Source: Planctomycetota bacterium
GTDB taxonomy: Bacteria; Planctomycetota; B15-G4
DNA length: 64,000 bases
Assembly: GCA_965248575.1 (NCBI GenBank)
Contig: CBDFJQ010000002.1
Coordinates: 2,464,001 to 2,528,000 of the forward strand
Direction: 5' to 3'
Positions 1-10,285 of this stretch are shown here, piece by piece. Numbering within the stretch: position 1 is the first letter of the stretch; each line of letters begins with the position of its first letter. Made by a program: the position numbers and the translations under genes. The notes under the pieces are model-generated. The model worked only from the letters and a program-made list of their open reading frames with translations. It was not told the DNA's origin and did no database searches.

Positions 1-732
1 CCCGCCGAACAACGCGATCACTCCTATGCAACCGGCTGGCACTACCTGAGCACCCACCCGGCACGGATTCCCGGCTTGCTCTTCGACAAACTCCGATTCG
101 CCCTCTCCTCCTATGAGGTGGACGACAACTACTCCCTGCACCGGGAGCGACAGCGCTTCGGACTCCTGCGGTGGGCTTGGCTGCCATTCACGGCCCTCTT
201 GGCGCTGGGGTTGGCCTTCTTCGTCGAACGAGACTTCCCCGACAAACGCTTTCTCGCCATCCCCTTGGCATTCAACGCAGGCCTGCTCCTGGTGTTCTAC
301 GTGAATGCGCGCTACCGCCTTCCCCTGGCACCTTTCCTGGCCATCGGCGGCGGCGTCTTCCTGGCCGGGAGATTCCGCTCCCAGAACACGAGCCCGCTCC
401 GGCGCGCTGCCACCGTCCTGATGCTGCTTGCACCGTTCGCGTTCACGACCCTTGCAGGGCTTCCGTACACCCAGCATGAACTGCGCGAGTCCGAACAGTT
501 CTTCGACATCGTGCTCGACCTGCATGCCGCCAACACCAGGATCCAGCACGGCGACGTGGAGCAGGCAGCCGCCATCCTCGCCCGAGGGATCCAAACCCAC
601 CCGTCTTCGCCAGACCTCGCGGCAGCGCTGCCCCGTCTCTTGGCCCAGCTTCCAGCAGCAGAGAGGGCCCGCGCCGAATCCGCTGCAGCGAAGGCCCGCG
701 AGACTCCAACAGGCGAACCGAGGGATCCGTAG
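1..732 (+). CDS. Membrane glycosyltransferase (ArnT/PMT, GT-C-like) with C-terminal TPR-like helices, 5'-partial
   Basis: Frame is open from position 1. It has an EVDDNY loop, multiple TM segments and an RYRLP motif typical of GT39-like proteins, then a helical TPR-like tail. Confidence 0.65.
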   Translation, partial: PAEQRDHSYATGWHYLSTHPARIPGLLFDKLRFALSSYEVDDNYSLHRERQRFGLLRWAWLPFTALLALGLAFFVERDFPDKRFLAIPLAFNAGLLLVFYVNARYRLPLAPFLAIGGGVFLAGRFRSQNTSPLRRAATVLMLLAPFAFTTLAGLPYTQHELRESEQFFDIVLDLHAANTRIQHGDVEQAAAILARGIQTHPSSPDLAAALPRLLAQLPAAERARAESAAAKARETPTGEPRDP

Positions 733-791
733 GCAGAACTCAGCGGGAGGTCCCCGCTGACTTGAGAGTCCGCTTCCCGGAGACCTCCTTC

Positions 792-1517
792 ATGGCCCTC
801 GAACAGGTAACCCACGTGCAGTCCCACCAGCCGTCCCGTCGCCGCATCGGCTGGGCAGCTGTCGCCTGCGTGCTCCTGGGGGTCAGCGCAGCTTGCCAAT
901 CGACAACTGCGACCCGCGCACCCACGACCCACGCCGAAGCAGAGTGCGTCACGGCCATGCCGGAGATGACGTCTGTCATGAACGGCGATGGTGTCTACGC
1001 CGTCACGGGGGACGACAGCGCGCATCACAGGCTGCGTTTCGTGGACGGGCAGGTCTCCCGCAACGACAGTTGCATGATCCGCCTCGGCAATCGCCTCAAC
1101 ACCAAGGTCCCGCCGCTCTACATCAACGGCGAACCCGTTGGCTTCTGCTGAGTGCCCTGCCCCGACGTCTTCGTGCAAGACGTCCCTGAAGCAGTGCAGC
1201 GCAAAGGCCTCACCTACAACTGCTACATGAACCCCACGCGCCCGGCCATCCTGGACGCCACCCACGCCATCCGGCTCAACTACGAGACGTACTTCTTCGC
1301 CGATACCGCTGCGAAGGAACTGTTTCGAGGAGATGTCCTGCGCTTCTGTGGCCTGCTCACGGACCCGGTCAGCAAGCGACGCTTCCGCCCCACCGTCGAC
1401 TCACCGATCTCGAGGGACGAAGAGACGGGCATCAAGTACTACTTCGAGTCCGAAGCCAGCCAACACATGTTCGACGTGGACCCGGACAGCTACCGCTTGC
1501 CGGGATACCAGATGTAG
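792..1517 (+). CDS. Putative selenoprotein: lipoprotein with three YHS-like repeats, CUxxC motif (TGA 1149-1151 read as Sec)
   Basis: ORFs 762..1151 and 1152..1517 are in the same frame and separated only by TGA, giving GFC-U-VPC. Downstream YHS-like motifs are YFFAD..F..D and TDPVS..YYFES..F..DP..Y. Lipobox-like VSAAC. Hairpin follows the UGA. Confidence 0.8.
1164..1184 (+). promoter_or_regulatory. Candidate bacterial SECIS hairpin
   Basis: GACGTCTT-CGTGC-AAGACGTC, a perfect 8-bp stem. The loop GU lies at +22/+23 after the in-frame TGA. Confidence 0.7.
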
Positions 1518-1539
1518 CGCCGCGCGCGGCGAGCGGCAC

Positions 1540-2736
1540 TCAGCCCTGCGCTGGCTCGCTTGCCTCGGCGGGTTCACCCAGCTCGGCAGGCCCTGCCGTC
1601 TTGCTCAAGGCCGCAGCCTCGGCGGACAGGTCTTGGGGTGCCCGCCCCACCTGGGTCAGGTAGATGAGGTAGTACGCCATGGCACCGGCCAGCAACTGGA
1701 TGGCCGCGTGGATGGCGGTGATGCCCGCCAACGCCTGGTCCGCAGAGACCCCCAGGATGTACACGAGACAGACCTTCCCGAAGTAGTGGAAGGCGCCGAT
1801 CCCACCCGGCGTGGGGAACAACATGCCGATGGTCGTGAAGGTGTAGAGCAGGAACACCGAGCGCAGGCTCAGCTCCTCGAGCCCGAAGGCCGTGCAACCA
1901 CGCTCGAAGGCGAAGAGCCAGCAGACCCAGATAAGCAGCGACAGCCCCGCCGTCAGCACCGCCTGCCCCGGACGGGAGACCAGCACCAGGATGCCCGCCG
2001 AGAACTCGGCCAAGGCGCCTTCCACCCGTGAGCTCAGGCCCGCAGGAAGCCGACGCAAGAGCGGAGACAGCCAACGCCGGGTCGCCTCCGGCCGCAACGC
2101 AAACATCACCAGCACACAGGCCACCACGGACAGCAGCGCCAGCATGACCAGCGCGGCCGTGCGCATGTCGCCCAACTCGAGACTCATGGCCTGCCCCGAG
2201 GCACCCAGCTTCTGGGCCTCCTGGGCGAGTCCTGCCGACAACTGTTCGGCCTCACCAGCCGTGAACACGAGCATGCTCGCCAAGACCAGCAGCGCCAGCA
2301 TGAACACATCGATCATGCGTTCGATGAGGACCGTCGCCGCGATCAGGGCGACGGGGATCCGCGTGCGGCGATTCAGGTGGACCATGCGGACCACTTCGCC
2401 CACGCGCGGAAGCACCGCGTTGATGGCATAGCCCAGACAGGCAGAGGCCGTGGTGAAGTGGACAGAAACGGGCACGCCCAGCAAGCAGCGCTGCCGGACA
2501 CCGCGCACCACAACGGAGGCGCCCGAGAACACCAACAACCCCAGCAACGGACCGATCCGGGCGTCCACGAACACCTGCTTCATCTGCTCGACGCCCAGCT
2601 CGCTGTCCCGGAACGTGAGATACAGCAGACCCGCACCGAGCGTCAGGCTCACGAGGACCTTCAGCAGCTTGCCCAAGAAACCTCCTTGGGTGCGCTTGTC
2701 CGGGGCGACATCCCCGCCGGGTTCATCCGTCTCCAC
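1540..2736 (-). CDS. Lysylphosphatidylglycerol synthase TM-region / flippase-like membrane protein (UPF0104)
   Basis: Motifs N.VLPRVGEVVR, ERMID and PTPGGIGAFH, with multiple TM helices. Confidence 0.85.
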   Translation of the reverse strand: METDEPGGDVAPDKRTQGGFLGKLLKVLVSLTLGAGLLYLTFRDSELGVEQMKQVFVDARIGPLLGLLVFSGASVVVRGVRQRCLLGVPVSVHFTTASACLGYAINAVLPRVGEVVRMVHLNRRTRIPVALIAATVLIERMIDVFMLALLVLASMLVFTAGEAEQLSAGLAQEAQKLGASGQAMSLELGDMRTAALVMLALLSVVACVLVMFALRPEATRRWLSPLLRRLPAGLSSRVEGALAEFSAGILVLVSRPGQAVLTAGLSLLIWVCWLFAFERGCTAFGLEELSLRSVFLLYTFTTIGMLFPTPGGIGAFHYFGKVCLVYILGVSADQALAGITAIHAAIQLLAGAMAYYLIYLTQVGRAPQDLSAEAAALSKTAGPAELGEPAEASEPAQG

Positions 2737-3799
2737 GGAGTGACCCCAAAGTGCAGTGCTGACACGTGGACAGACTTCGATTGGAGAAGTCCTCCAGGAT
2801 CTTCCGGTGGGCGCGGCTGCGCCAGACGCTGGCGAAATCCTGTTCGGTCAGGTTGCCGAAGGAGGTTTCACCGCGGGCGTCCAGACAGCAGGCGACGACG
2901 CTGCCGTCCGCGAGGACCGTCGCCCGCTCCAGCTGCGGACACATGGCACGATGCCGGTACAGTTTCTGGGGCTCGGACACCGGCCGGGAATACCGCCGCT
3001 CATCGTTCTCATGGTCGACCTTCGACCAGAATTCTTGCGCTTCCGGCGTGGGGTCAGCCACATAGGCCGGACGTTTGAGGCTCACGACATCCGTCCCCAG
3101 TTCTCGCAGGAAAACCTCCGCTTCGCGCTCACGGTCCTCGTTGTAGGAGAACATGATCATCTGCGCCTGAACGACCGGGTGTGCCAAGCCCCGCCGCTCC
3201 CGTTCCTGCATGAGCGCCTTGACGTTCGCCACCACCCGGCCGAAGTCGCCGCCCACCCGGTACTTGGAGTAGTCGCCGGCGTCCACGCCATCGATCGCGA
3301 TGGAGATGTGCGTGAGGCCAGAGTCCAGGATCTCGTCTACATGACGGTCCAGGATCATGCCGTTGGTCGAGAAGCTCGAAGAGATCCCTGCATCCTCGCA
3401 GCGACGCACGAACTGGAACAGCTCCTTGTGCAGCAGAGGCTCGCCCATGAGGTGGAAACTCACCTGCTTCATCCTGTGCCGGCAGGCGGCGACCACTCTC
3501 TCGACGTGGGTGGCTTCCAGGAAGCTCACGCCTCGCGGCGTGATATGGGTGATGCAGAGCGGGCATCGCAAGTTGCACGAGGTGGTCACCTCGAGTTGGG
3601 CAGAGCTTGGCATCTTGCTCAACACCAAGGCGTGGCGCAGTCGCCTGGGGAGCAAGACGTACAGGCCCCGCTTTGCCATGCGCTTCACGCGGGCCAGGCC
3701 GTTGCGCCAGGGCGGCGATGCTCCCAACAGCGCAGCCATCCCTAGGGGTGTCGGCCCGTCAGCTTCGTGCAGATCGGCATCTTCACTTCCCCAGGGCAT
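2723..3799 (-). CDS. Radical SAM protein with SPASM/twitch domain
   Basis: CNLRCPLC (CxxxCxxC), GEPLL and TNG motifs. C-terminal C...DGSVVACC...GNL...W...CQHC. Confidence 0.9.
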   Translation of the reverse strand: MPWGSEDADLHEADGPTPLGMAALLGASPPWRNGLARVKRMAKRGLYVLLPRRLRHALVLSKMPSSAQLEVTTSCNLRCPLCITHITPRGVSFLEATHVERVVAACRHRMKQVSFHLMGEPLLHKELFQFVRRCEDAGISSSFSTNGMILDRHVDEILDSGLTHISIAIDGVDAGDYSKYRVGGDFGRVVANVKALMQERERRGLAHPVVQAQMIMFSYNEDREREAEVFLRELGTDVVSLKRPAYVADPTPEAQEFWSKVDHENDERRYSRPVSEPQKLYRHRAMCPQLERATVLADGSVVACCLDARGETSFGNLTEQDFASVWRSRAHRKILEDFSNRSLSTCQHCTLGSLRGDG

Positions 3800-3881
3800 C
3801 CACCTCGCGGGTCTTGATTGTCGGCGCTCGCCAGCGCACGCACCAAGAACGTGTGAAGTCTAACAGGCTCTCGCGAGGCGC

Positions 3882-6008
3882 TCAGGGTGCGTTGCGCATC
3901 TCCCGTGGCCGCGGCGGTCCAGCGGGGCGCTCCCAGCCGGGCATCAACCGCACGCCATCCTCGTCGAGCGAGGTCCACAAACTCACCGCTGGCATGCTCC
4001 ACCCCCCTTGGCTCAGGAAGTCCTCGTAGTGACTCCACCAACTGGCCGGGGAAGCTGGCAGCACCTGCAATTGGTGGGTCAGGTGCTTGAACACTGGCTG
4101 CACGGCAGGACACAGCTCCGCCGGAGCGTCCTCCAGGTACACCGCGAAGAAGTGCCGGGCCGCCACCAGGGCCTCGATGCGCCGACCCCCTTGCTCCCGC
4201 TCCGAGACGGCGCGCCACAGCCGAGCCGTCTGCAGGATCGTCTCCAGGCGAATGCTGCGGAAGCGGGCCTGGATGGCGTACTCCAGCAACTCGATGCCTT
4301 CCTCCAGGGAGCCGGCCCGCTCCAGGACGACAACCAACTTGGAAATCGCCCCCTCGTCGGAGGGTTTCTCACGAACCACCTCCCTCATGATCTCGGCAGC
4401 TTCCGCATGTCGCCCCAGGAGCGAAAGGGCCTCCCCGACGTCGGCCTTGAGCTCCACCTTGTACGGCGAAAGCCGACGCCCCCGTAGGAAGGACACGAGG
4501 GCCTGCTCCCCACGCCCCAGCGCCAGCTGCCATCGCCCCAAGGCCTGCTCGGGCAGCCAGGAGCCCGTCAGCATCCGGGTCACGGGGCGCAGCGCCTCGA
4601 TGGCTGCCACCCGTTCATTGGCAGCTGCCAACGCCTCGGCCCGAGCCACCTGCCTGGTCGCGGGAGCGCGTTGCAGGATGTACACACAGCTCGATCCCGC
4701 CAGCAACAACACGACCCACGCCACAACGCGCCGAACACCTTGCCGGCGACGACCATGCACCGAGGTCTTCGCCAAGGCTTGGGCCGCGGAGGCGGGGCTC
4801 GCGGACGTCACCCCCATCAGGACCGCCAGCGCTGCGGCGCTGCTCCCAAGGGTGAAGGGGACCTCGAACAGGCCCGCGACCAGGAAGGCCGCGAGGCTGC
4901 CCAACATCCCCGCAGGCAAGGAGTAGGACGCGAGCGTTGCTGCCGCGCGCATGCGCAGCAAGGTGCTCCAGGCCAGGGCTCCGAAGATCCCCAGGAAGAG
5001 CAGAAGCCCCGGTGCACCCAACTCAGCGAGCACCTGCAATGCGTCGTTGTGGGCATGGGGCCTGTCCTGCAGATAGCGTTCGGTGCGCGGATACTCCACC
5101 GCCCAGTTGCCGCTTCCCACCCCGCCCCAGGGCGATTGCTTGGCCATGCGGATCGTGCCGCTGAAGACGTCGGCCCGGAATCCCGCCTGCTCAGGGCGAT
5201 AGATCTCCCACTGCTGAAGCACTGCGACGGCCCGGTAGTAGCTGCCTTTCGCCAGCCCGCGCGCCGAGTCGGAGAAGGGCAGCAGACAGAGCAGGACACA
5301 CACCCCGGCGAGCGCCCACCGGCGAAGAGCGAGGGCCATCAGCGGCTTCCTCCACAGACAGAGGGCGCACCAGACACCCAGTCCGGCAGCCGCGGCAAGC
5401 ACGCCCCCAAGACTCTGGAGCGAGAGCACGTAGGACCCCAGCACGACGGCGCTGACGCCGCCCCAAAGACGTTGCTGTCCGCGCCCACCCAGGCACAAGG
5501 CGACGGACGCGGGAATCAACAAGGCGCCGTAGCTGGCAGCCATGTTCGCGTGCTCGAACAACAGCGATGCCGACTTGCCTTCCACGGCCACGCCGGGTGA
5601 CAGCGCGTGGTCAACCACGGCTGCAGCTGCACCCACGACGCAGAGCCTCGTCAACCAGACCCCTGTCTGCTGTTGGAGGGACGCGCAAGACCGGACGCTG
5701 CGCGTCACCCCGAGCACACCCAGGAGCATGGCGGTGCCCGCAAGCCCTGCTGCCCAGTTGGTCGCCCACGAAAGCGAAACAAAGGACCAGAGCACGAAGG
5801 CACCCAGCAGGGATTCGTGCAAGGGCGGAACCGACAAGCCGTGACCAGAGGCCAGGCAAACCCACGCTTCCCTCACCAAGAGCGCACATCCGAGCAGGCC
5901 CAGAAGCAGCCGCTGGACCGAGAGCGTGTCGACCCCAAAGGGGTCCACCGCAAAGGGCACACCCAGCGCGAGGGTCACGAGCAGGAGCCGTGCAGCCGAA
6001 GAACTCAC
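3882..6008 (-). CDS. O-antigen ligase (Wzy_C) family protein with C-terminal TPRs
   Basis: PWGGVGSGNW and HAHNDALQVLAELG motifs, many TMs and a TPR-like tail. Start is placed at GTG 6008 because the upstream part of the track ORF overlaps the divergent gene. Confidence 0.85.
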   Translation of the reverse strand: MSSSAARLLLVTLALGVPFAVDPFGVDTLSVQRLLLGLLGCALLVREAWVCLASGHGLSVPPLHESLLGAFVLWSFVSLSWATNWAAGLAGTAMLLGVLGVTRSVRSCASLQQQTGVWLTRLCVVGAAAAVVDHALSPGVAVEGKSASLLFEHANMAASYGALLIPASVALCLGGRGQQRLWGGVSAVVLGSYVLSLQSLGGVLAAAAGLGVWCALCLWRKPLMALALRRWALAGVCVLLCLLPFSDSARGLAKGSYYRAVAVLQQWEIYRPEQAGFRADVFSGTIRMAKQSPWGGVGSGNWAVEYPRTERYLQDRPHAHNDALQVLAELGAPGLLLFLGIFGALAWSTLLRMRAAATLASYSLPAGMLGSLAAFLVAGLFEVPFTLGSSAAALAVLMGVTSASPASAAQALAKTSVHGRRRQGVRRVVAWVVLLLAGSSCVYILQRAPATRQVARAEALAAANERVAAIEALRPVTRMLTGSWLPEQALGRWQLALGRGEQALVSFLRGRRLSPYKVELKADVGEALSLLGRHAEAAEIMREVVREKPSDEGAISKLVVVLERAGSLEEGIELLEYAIQARFRSIRLETILQTARLWRAVSEREQGGRRIEALVAARHFFAVYLEDAPAELCPAVQPVFKHLTHQLQVLPASPASWWSHYEDFLSQGGWSMPAVSLWTSLDEDGVRLMPGWERPAGPPRPREMRNAP

Positions 6009-6059
6009 GCACCCATCCTGCGTGAGGAGCACCGCGAGGGGAACGTTATGCTCCACGTC

Positions 6060-6635
6060 ATGCACCCGAGCTTCGCAGAGCTGTTCACGGAATTCGATGG
6101 CCGCAGCGTCGAACCCTTCCGACGCGTCGCAGAACTGCTCCCACAGACGTCTGCCAGCTTGGTGCAGCTCGTGCGCTGGCTCAGCCAGCTCGAGCCTGCC
6201 GACGCCGCGTCCAAGGCCGAGACACCCGTTGCAGCGGAGGTTGGCGCCACCTGGGTGGTGAAGCACTTCCTCGAGCAGGGCGTTGCAACCGACCAGCAGA
6301 CGGCCCGCATGCTGTGCGGACTCCTGGACCGGCTGGTCGCGCAGGACGCCGTGCTTCACGTTCTCCAATGCCTGCCGTTCCTGAACCTGGAGCTGCCGCC
6401 AGGGCAAGCCAGGGCGCTCTCCGAGTCATTGCATCGGCACCGGCTGCACAAAAGCGCCTTCGTCCGGGCCTGGTCCTACAACGGCCTCGCGCTGCTGGCC
6501 ATCGGGACACCGACGGACAGGGCCCAGGTGATGCAGCTCTTGAAGCAGGCTTCGACAGGGGAATCGGCCGCCGTCAAGGCACGCATCCGCCACGCGCTCC
6601 ACGCGCTCGAGAAGGCCGCGCCCCAGAACCCCTGA
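6060..6635 (+). CDS. Hypothetical alpha-helical (HEAT/ARM-like) protein
   Basis: Coding-like composition with a FVRAWSY...AAVKARIR helical-repeat-like C-terminus. TATGCT -10-like box 7 nt before ATG 6060. Confidence 0.65.
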   Translation: MHPSFAELFTEFDGRSVEPFRRVAELLPQTSASLVQLVRWLSQLEPADAASKAETPVAAEVGATWVVKHFLEQGVATDQQTARMLCGLLDRLVAQDAVLHVLQCLPFLNLELPPGQARALSESLHRHRLHKSAFVRAWSYNGLALLAIGTPTDRAQVMQLLKQASTGESAAVKARIRHALHALEKAAPQNP

Positions 6636-6803
6636 CGAGGCCCAGGACGGCTGCCCTCCCAAATGGCCGAGTGGCCCAGCCCGTGGTAGCTTTGACCCGT
6701 GCGTTCCAGGCCGAATAGGGCTGGGCGTTCGCCCCTGGCTGGCCCCGCGTTGACTTGGCCAAGGGCCCACACGGGGTCTGCAAGAGATCCAGGAAGCCAT
6801 CAC

Positions 6804-8345
6804 ATGTCCAATCGCCGCAGCGCCCTGCTCACAGCACGCCTGTTCGGGCTCGCCCTGGGCTGCCTGTTGGTGGCGAGTCTTTCGGCCCAGGCCCAGTTCA
6901 GCTCCGAGGTGATGGGTGAGGCCTCCAGCTTGGGTCCTGTGCTGGAACTTGAAATCGTCCCCGCAGACCTTGAGACGGGCGACAGTTTCGGTTCCAGCAG
7001 CGACATCCAGGGCGACGTCGCCGTCTTCAGCGCACACTTCTCCGATGAGATCGCCCCGGAAGCCGGCGCGGTCTATGTGTTCCGACGCGGCGCCAGCGGA
7101 TGGCAACAAGAGGTCAAACTCACTCCCGCTGACCTCGCCCAAGACGACAACTTCGGCTACTCCTGCTCACTCGATGGCGATGTACTCGTGATCTCCGCGC
7201 CCCGGCACAACGCCATGGGCACGCAGGTGGGCGCTGTCTACGTCTATCGCTACGACGGCAACAGCTGGAACCAGGAACAGAAGCTGTTCCCGCCTACGCC
7301 CCTGGCCTTCGGTCGCTTCGGCACCGATGTGTCTGTCTCGGGCGACGTGATCGCCGTGGGCCGCTATCGCGTGGTGGGCGGTGTGCTCGGCGAGGTGCAC
7401 CTGTTCCGGTACAACGCAGGCATCTGGGCCATCGAAGACACGGTGACGGGTGCCGACTCAGTCGTGGGCGATCTCTACGCATACTCTCTCGATCTGGACG
7501 GCGACGAGCTGGTGGTGGGCGCCTACCTGGACGACACCTTCGGCTCGATGTACTTCTACCGGCGCAACGGCAGCACCTGGGAGTTCAAGCAGAAGGTCTT
7601 CGCCATCGACAAGCAGGATGGCGACCTGTTCAGCAAGGGCATCTCCATGGATGGCGATGTCGTGGTCACGGGCTCCAATCGTGAGGACCAGCTGGGCACG
7701 GACGCCGGCGCAGCCTATGTGTTCCGCTTCAGCGGCTCCGAATGGGTTCACGAGCAGAAGCTGCTCGCCTCCGACGGGCGGGTCATGGACCGCTTTGGAA
7801 CCCACATCGCCGTGAACGACGGCTTGATCGTCGTGGGCTCCCGTCTGGACGACCACGTCGGCGGAGTGGACGCGGGATCGGCCTACATCTTCCGCTACGA
7901 CGGCAGCTCCTGGACCGAGCGACGAAAGCTGATCGGATCCGACAGTGCCGCGGGCGACTGGGCCGGGCACACGGTGGCGACCGATGGCCGCAGCGTTCTC
8001 ATGAACTCGCCCCTGCACAGCCACCCCAGCACCCCCACTTCTGGCACGTCCTACCTCTATAGCTTCCCCTTCCGTGAGTTCGCGGGTGTCTTCCCCTCGG
8101 GGTCCCAAGCGATCATGGCGACGGCACCGACCGGCAACCCGGTCATCCTGCTCACCGTCGCGGGGCACAACCAACGCCTGGACACCCACGACATGGGCAC
8201 TCCCGACCAGGCTCCCAGGGACGCCAGCGGCCTGACGGGCCGTTGGCCGGAACATTGGGGAGCCGAGCCCCCCGCCGGGGTGCACGTCTACGCCGTGGAC
8301 ACCCACGGCCGCATCGCCGGGCGTTGGGCAGGGCCGCAGCGCTGA
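6804..8345 (+). CDS. Secreted FG-GAP repeat (integrin-like beta-propeller) protein
   Basis: Signal peptide and about 7 repeats of D.FG.S..(L/I)DGD...V(G/S)A...GA.Y.FR..G..W..EQKL. Confidence 0.9.
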   Translation: MSNRRSALLTARLFGLALGCLLVASLSAQAQFSSEVMGEASSLGPVLELEIVPADLETGDSFGSSSDIQGDVAVFSAHFSDEIAPEAGAVYVFRRGASGWQQEVKLTPADLAQDDNFGYSCSLDGDVLVISAPRHNAMGTQVGAVYVYRYDGNSWNQEQKLFPPTPLAFGRFGTDVSVSGDVIAVGRYRVVGGVLGEVHLFRYNAGIWAIEDTVTGADSVVGDLYAYSLDLDGDELVVGAYLDDTFGSMYFYRRNGSTWEFKQKVFAIDKQDGDLFSKGISMDGDVVVTGSNREDQLGTDAGAAYVFRFSGSEWVHEQKLLASDGRVMDRFGTHIAVNDGLIVVGSRLDDHVGGVDAGSAYIFRYDGSSWTERRKLIGSDSAAGDWAGHTVATDGRSVLMNSPLHSHPSTPTSGTSYLYSFPFREFAGVFPSGSQAIMATAPTGNPVILLTVAGHNQRLDTHDMGTPDQAPRDASGLTGRWPEHWGAEPPAGVHVYAVDTHGRIAGRWAGPQR

Positions 8346-8549
8346 GCTCCGCTCAGAAGCTCCCAATTCAGACGCCCGCCCTTCCAGCGAGAGAGGCGCA
8401 GGTCTCAGCCCTCGCTGTGGGCTTGGATTCGCTTATCCTCTGCACCTTTCTCCGCTGCTGCTGTTCCAGCTGAACCAGCCCCGGACGACTACGGCTGGGA
8501 GACCTCCTCGCGTGACCCCCAAGGCCAGGCAACACGGAACCGCACCGTC

Positions 8550-10202
8550 GTGACCACCTCCACCAAAGCGACCGCCGACCACAGCAGCACCGGTTGGCCA
8601 GGCCTGGCTGCCCTTGTTCTGCTGCTGGGGTTGGCCATGGCCGTCATGATCCCCTTGACCTTCACGGAGGCGCCTCAGGACGACTCCTACATCAGCTACC
8701 GCTACGCGCAGAACTTCGTGAACGGCGACGGCCTGGTGTTCAACGCTGGCGAAACCCCGGTCGAGGGCTACACCAACTTCCTCTGGACGGTGCTGATCGG
8801 TCTCGGCATGGCCGCCGGAAGTGATCCGGAGCTTCTGGGCCCCGCCCTGGGTTTGCTCGCGACCTTGGGAGCCGCCTGGCTCACCGCGCTCCTGGCCAGA
8901 CGTCTGGGCGCCCGACCGCTGCTCGCCGCGCTGGCGGTGCTGCTCTTTGCAGTCCAACCCAGCTTCACGGTGCACGCCATCTCCGGCTTGGAGACGAGCA
9001 CGTTCATGTTCCTGGCGGCGCTGTCGATCCTGCCTCGCGTGCGCAGCGAACGTCGCACCCGGGATGACCTCATCTCCACTGCGGCCCTGTCTGCAGCTGC
9101 GCTCACCCGTCCAGAAGGCATCTTCCTGTTCGGGCTGCTGGAGATCGCCGATGCGGTGGCCGCGTGGAGTGGACGCCGTACCGAGCCTTCGGCCATGAGC
9201 AGATGGTTTGCAGGTGCACTGCGTCGCGGGTTGCCCTTCGCCGTCGTCGTGGGCACTCACATGCTGTGGCGCCACTCCTTCTACGGCGATTGGGTGCCCA
9301 ACACCTTCCACGCGAAGGTCGATCCCGGCCCCCTGGTCTGGGCCGGTGGTCTCGAGTACGCGGCGAACGGAGCACGTCAATTCGGACTGTTCCTCTTCGT
9401 GCTGCCCTACCTCCTGCTGCGCTCGGGGCCCGGTCGCGCGGGACGTCTCGTGTGCGCGTTCATCAGCACCGCCTATCTGGCCTACATCGTTTCGGTGGGC
9501 GGCGACTACATGCCGACCTTCCGCTTCCTGCTCCCGTTGATCCCCCTCTGGTGCGCACTCGCTGCGGCCTCGACCAGCGTCCTGGGCGAGCGCCTGGGCG
9601 GGCAACAGGGCAGACGCCTCGCGACCCTGGTGTTCGTCATCATGGGAGCTTTGGGAACCTGGGTTGGCTACGACGACGGTGAGTTCTGGCCCGAACAGGA
9701 TGTGCAGCAAGCGCGCCTGGTGGCGGCGGGCAAGAAGTTGAACGAGATCCTTCCTGCCGATGCCTGGATGGCTGCCACAGCCTGTGGACGCGTGCCCTAC
9801 TTCGCTGAACGACGCTGCATCGACATGATGGGCCTGAGCGACGCGCACATCGGCCGCAAGCCATCGGCCGAGATGGACACTCTGTTCCTGGAGGGCCATC
9901 TCAAGGGGGATGGCCGCTACGTGCTCGACCGCCAACCCGATGTGATCGTCTTCCTGCGCCTCGTCACCACGCCCGGCTCCCTGGCGGACTCCCCCGACTG
10001 GCCGCGCCAGACCCAGCGCCAAACCTTCAGCATCAGCGAGGGAGAGATCGTCCAAGACCCACGCTTCCGACAGGAGTACGCCCTGTACAGCGTCCCCTTG
10101 CCTGACGTGGGCGTGTTCATGAACGTCTTTGCGAAGCCCGGCACCTTTGATGCCCAGCCGCCCAAGGGATTGCGCAAGGCCGACTGGCCGAAACGCAACT
10201 AG
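8550..10202 (+). CDS. GT-C membrane glycosyltransferase (arabinofuranosyltransferase-like)
   Basis: DDSYISYRYA, VEGYTNFLW, SGLET, TRPEG, PNTFHAK, GGDYMP.FRF and IDMMGL motifs. Confidence 0.8.
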   Translation: MTTSTKATADHSSTGWPGLAALVLLLGLAMAVMIPLTFTEAPQDDSYISYRYAQNFVNGDGLVFNAGETPVEGYTNFLWTVLIGLGMAAGSDPELLGPALGLLATLGAAWLTALLARRLGARPLLAALAVLLFAVQPSFTVHAISGLETSTFMFLAALSILPRVRSERRTRDDLISTAALSAAALTRPEGIFLFGLLEIADAVAAWSGRRTEPSAMSRWFAGALRRGLPFAVVVGTHMLWRHSFYGDWVPNTFHAKVDPGPLVWAGGLEYAANGARQFGLFLFVLPYLLLRSGPGRAGRLVCAFISTAYLAYIVSVGGDYMPTFRFLLPLIPLWCALAAASTSVLGERLGGQQGRRLATLVFVIMGALGTWVGYDDGEFWPEQDVQQARLVAAGKKLNEILPADAWMAATACGRVPYFAERRCIDMMGLSDAHIGRKPSAEMDTLFLEGHLKGDGRYVLDRQPDVIVFLRLVTTPGSLADSPDWPRQTQRQTFSISEGEIVQDPRFRQEYALYSVPLPDVGVFMNVFAKPGTFDAQPPKGLRKADWPKRN

Positions 10203-10285
10203 CGCGCCGCGGCCGGCGGGACGCCCAGCGCCCCCCTGCTTTGATACACCATCGTTGAACAGGTCGCCCTCACGGAGAAGAGAGC

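Noticed and set aside
6009..6407. N-terminal extension of the 841-aa track ORF
   Set aside because: Overlaps the divergent gene 6060..6635. The membrane-protein sequence begins near GTG 6008.
6950..8060. Repetitive DNA within the FG-GAP gene (and within the CRTAC1 gene)
   Set aside because: Degenerate protein-level propeller repeats, not a nucleotide repeat element.
8433..10055. 540-aa minus-strand ORF (likewise 44821..46242 opposite rho and 34532..35899 opposite cinA)
   Set aside because: Shadow ORFs of well-supported genes on the other strand.
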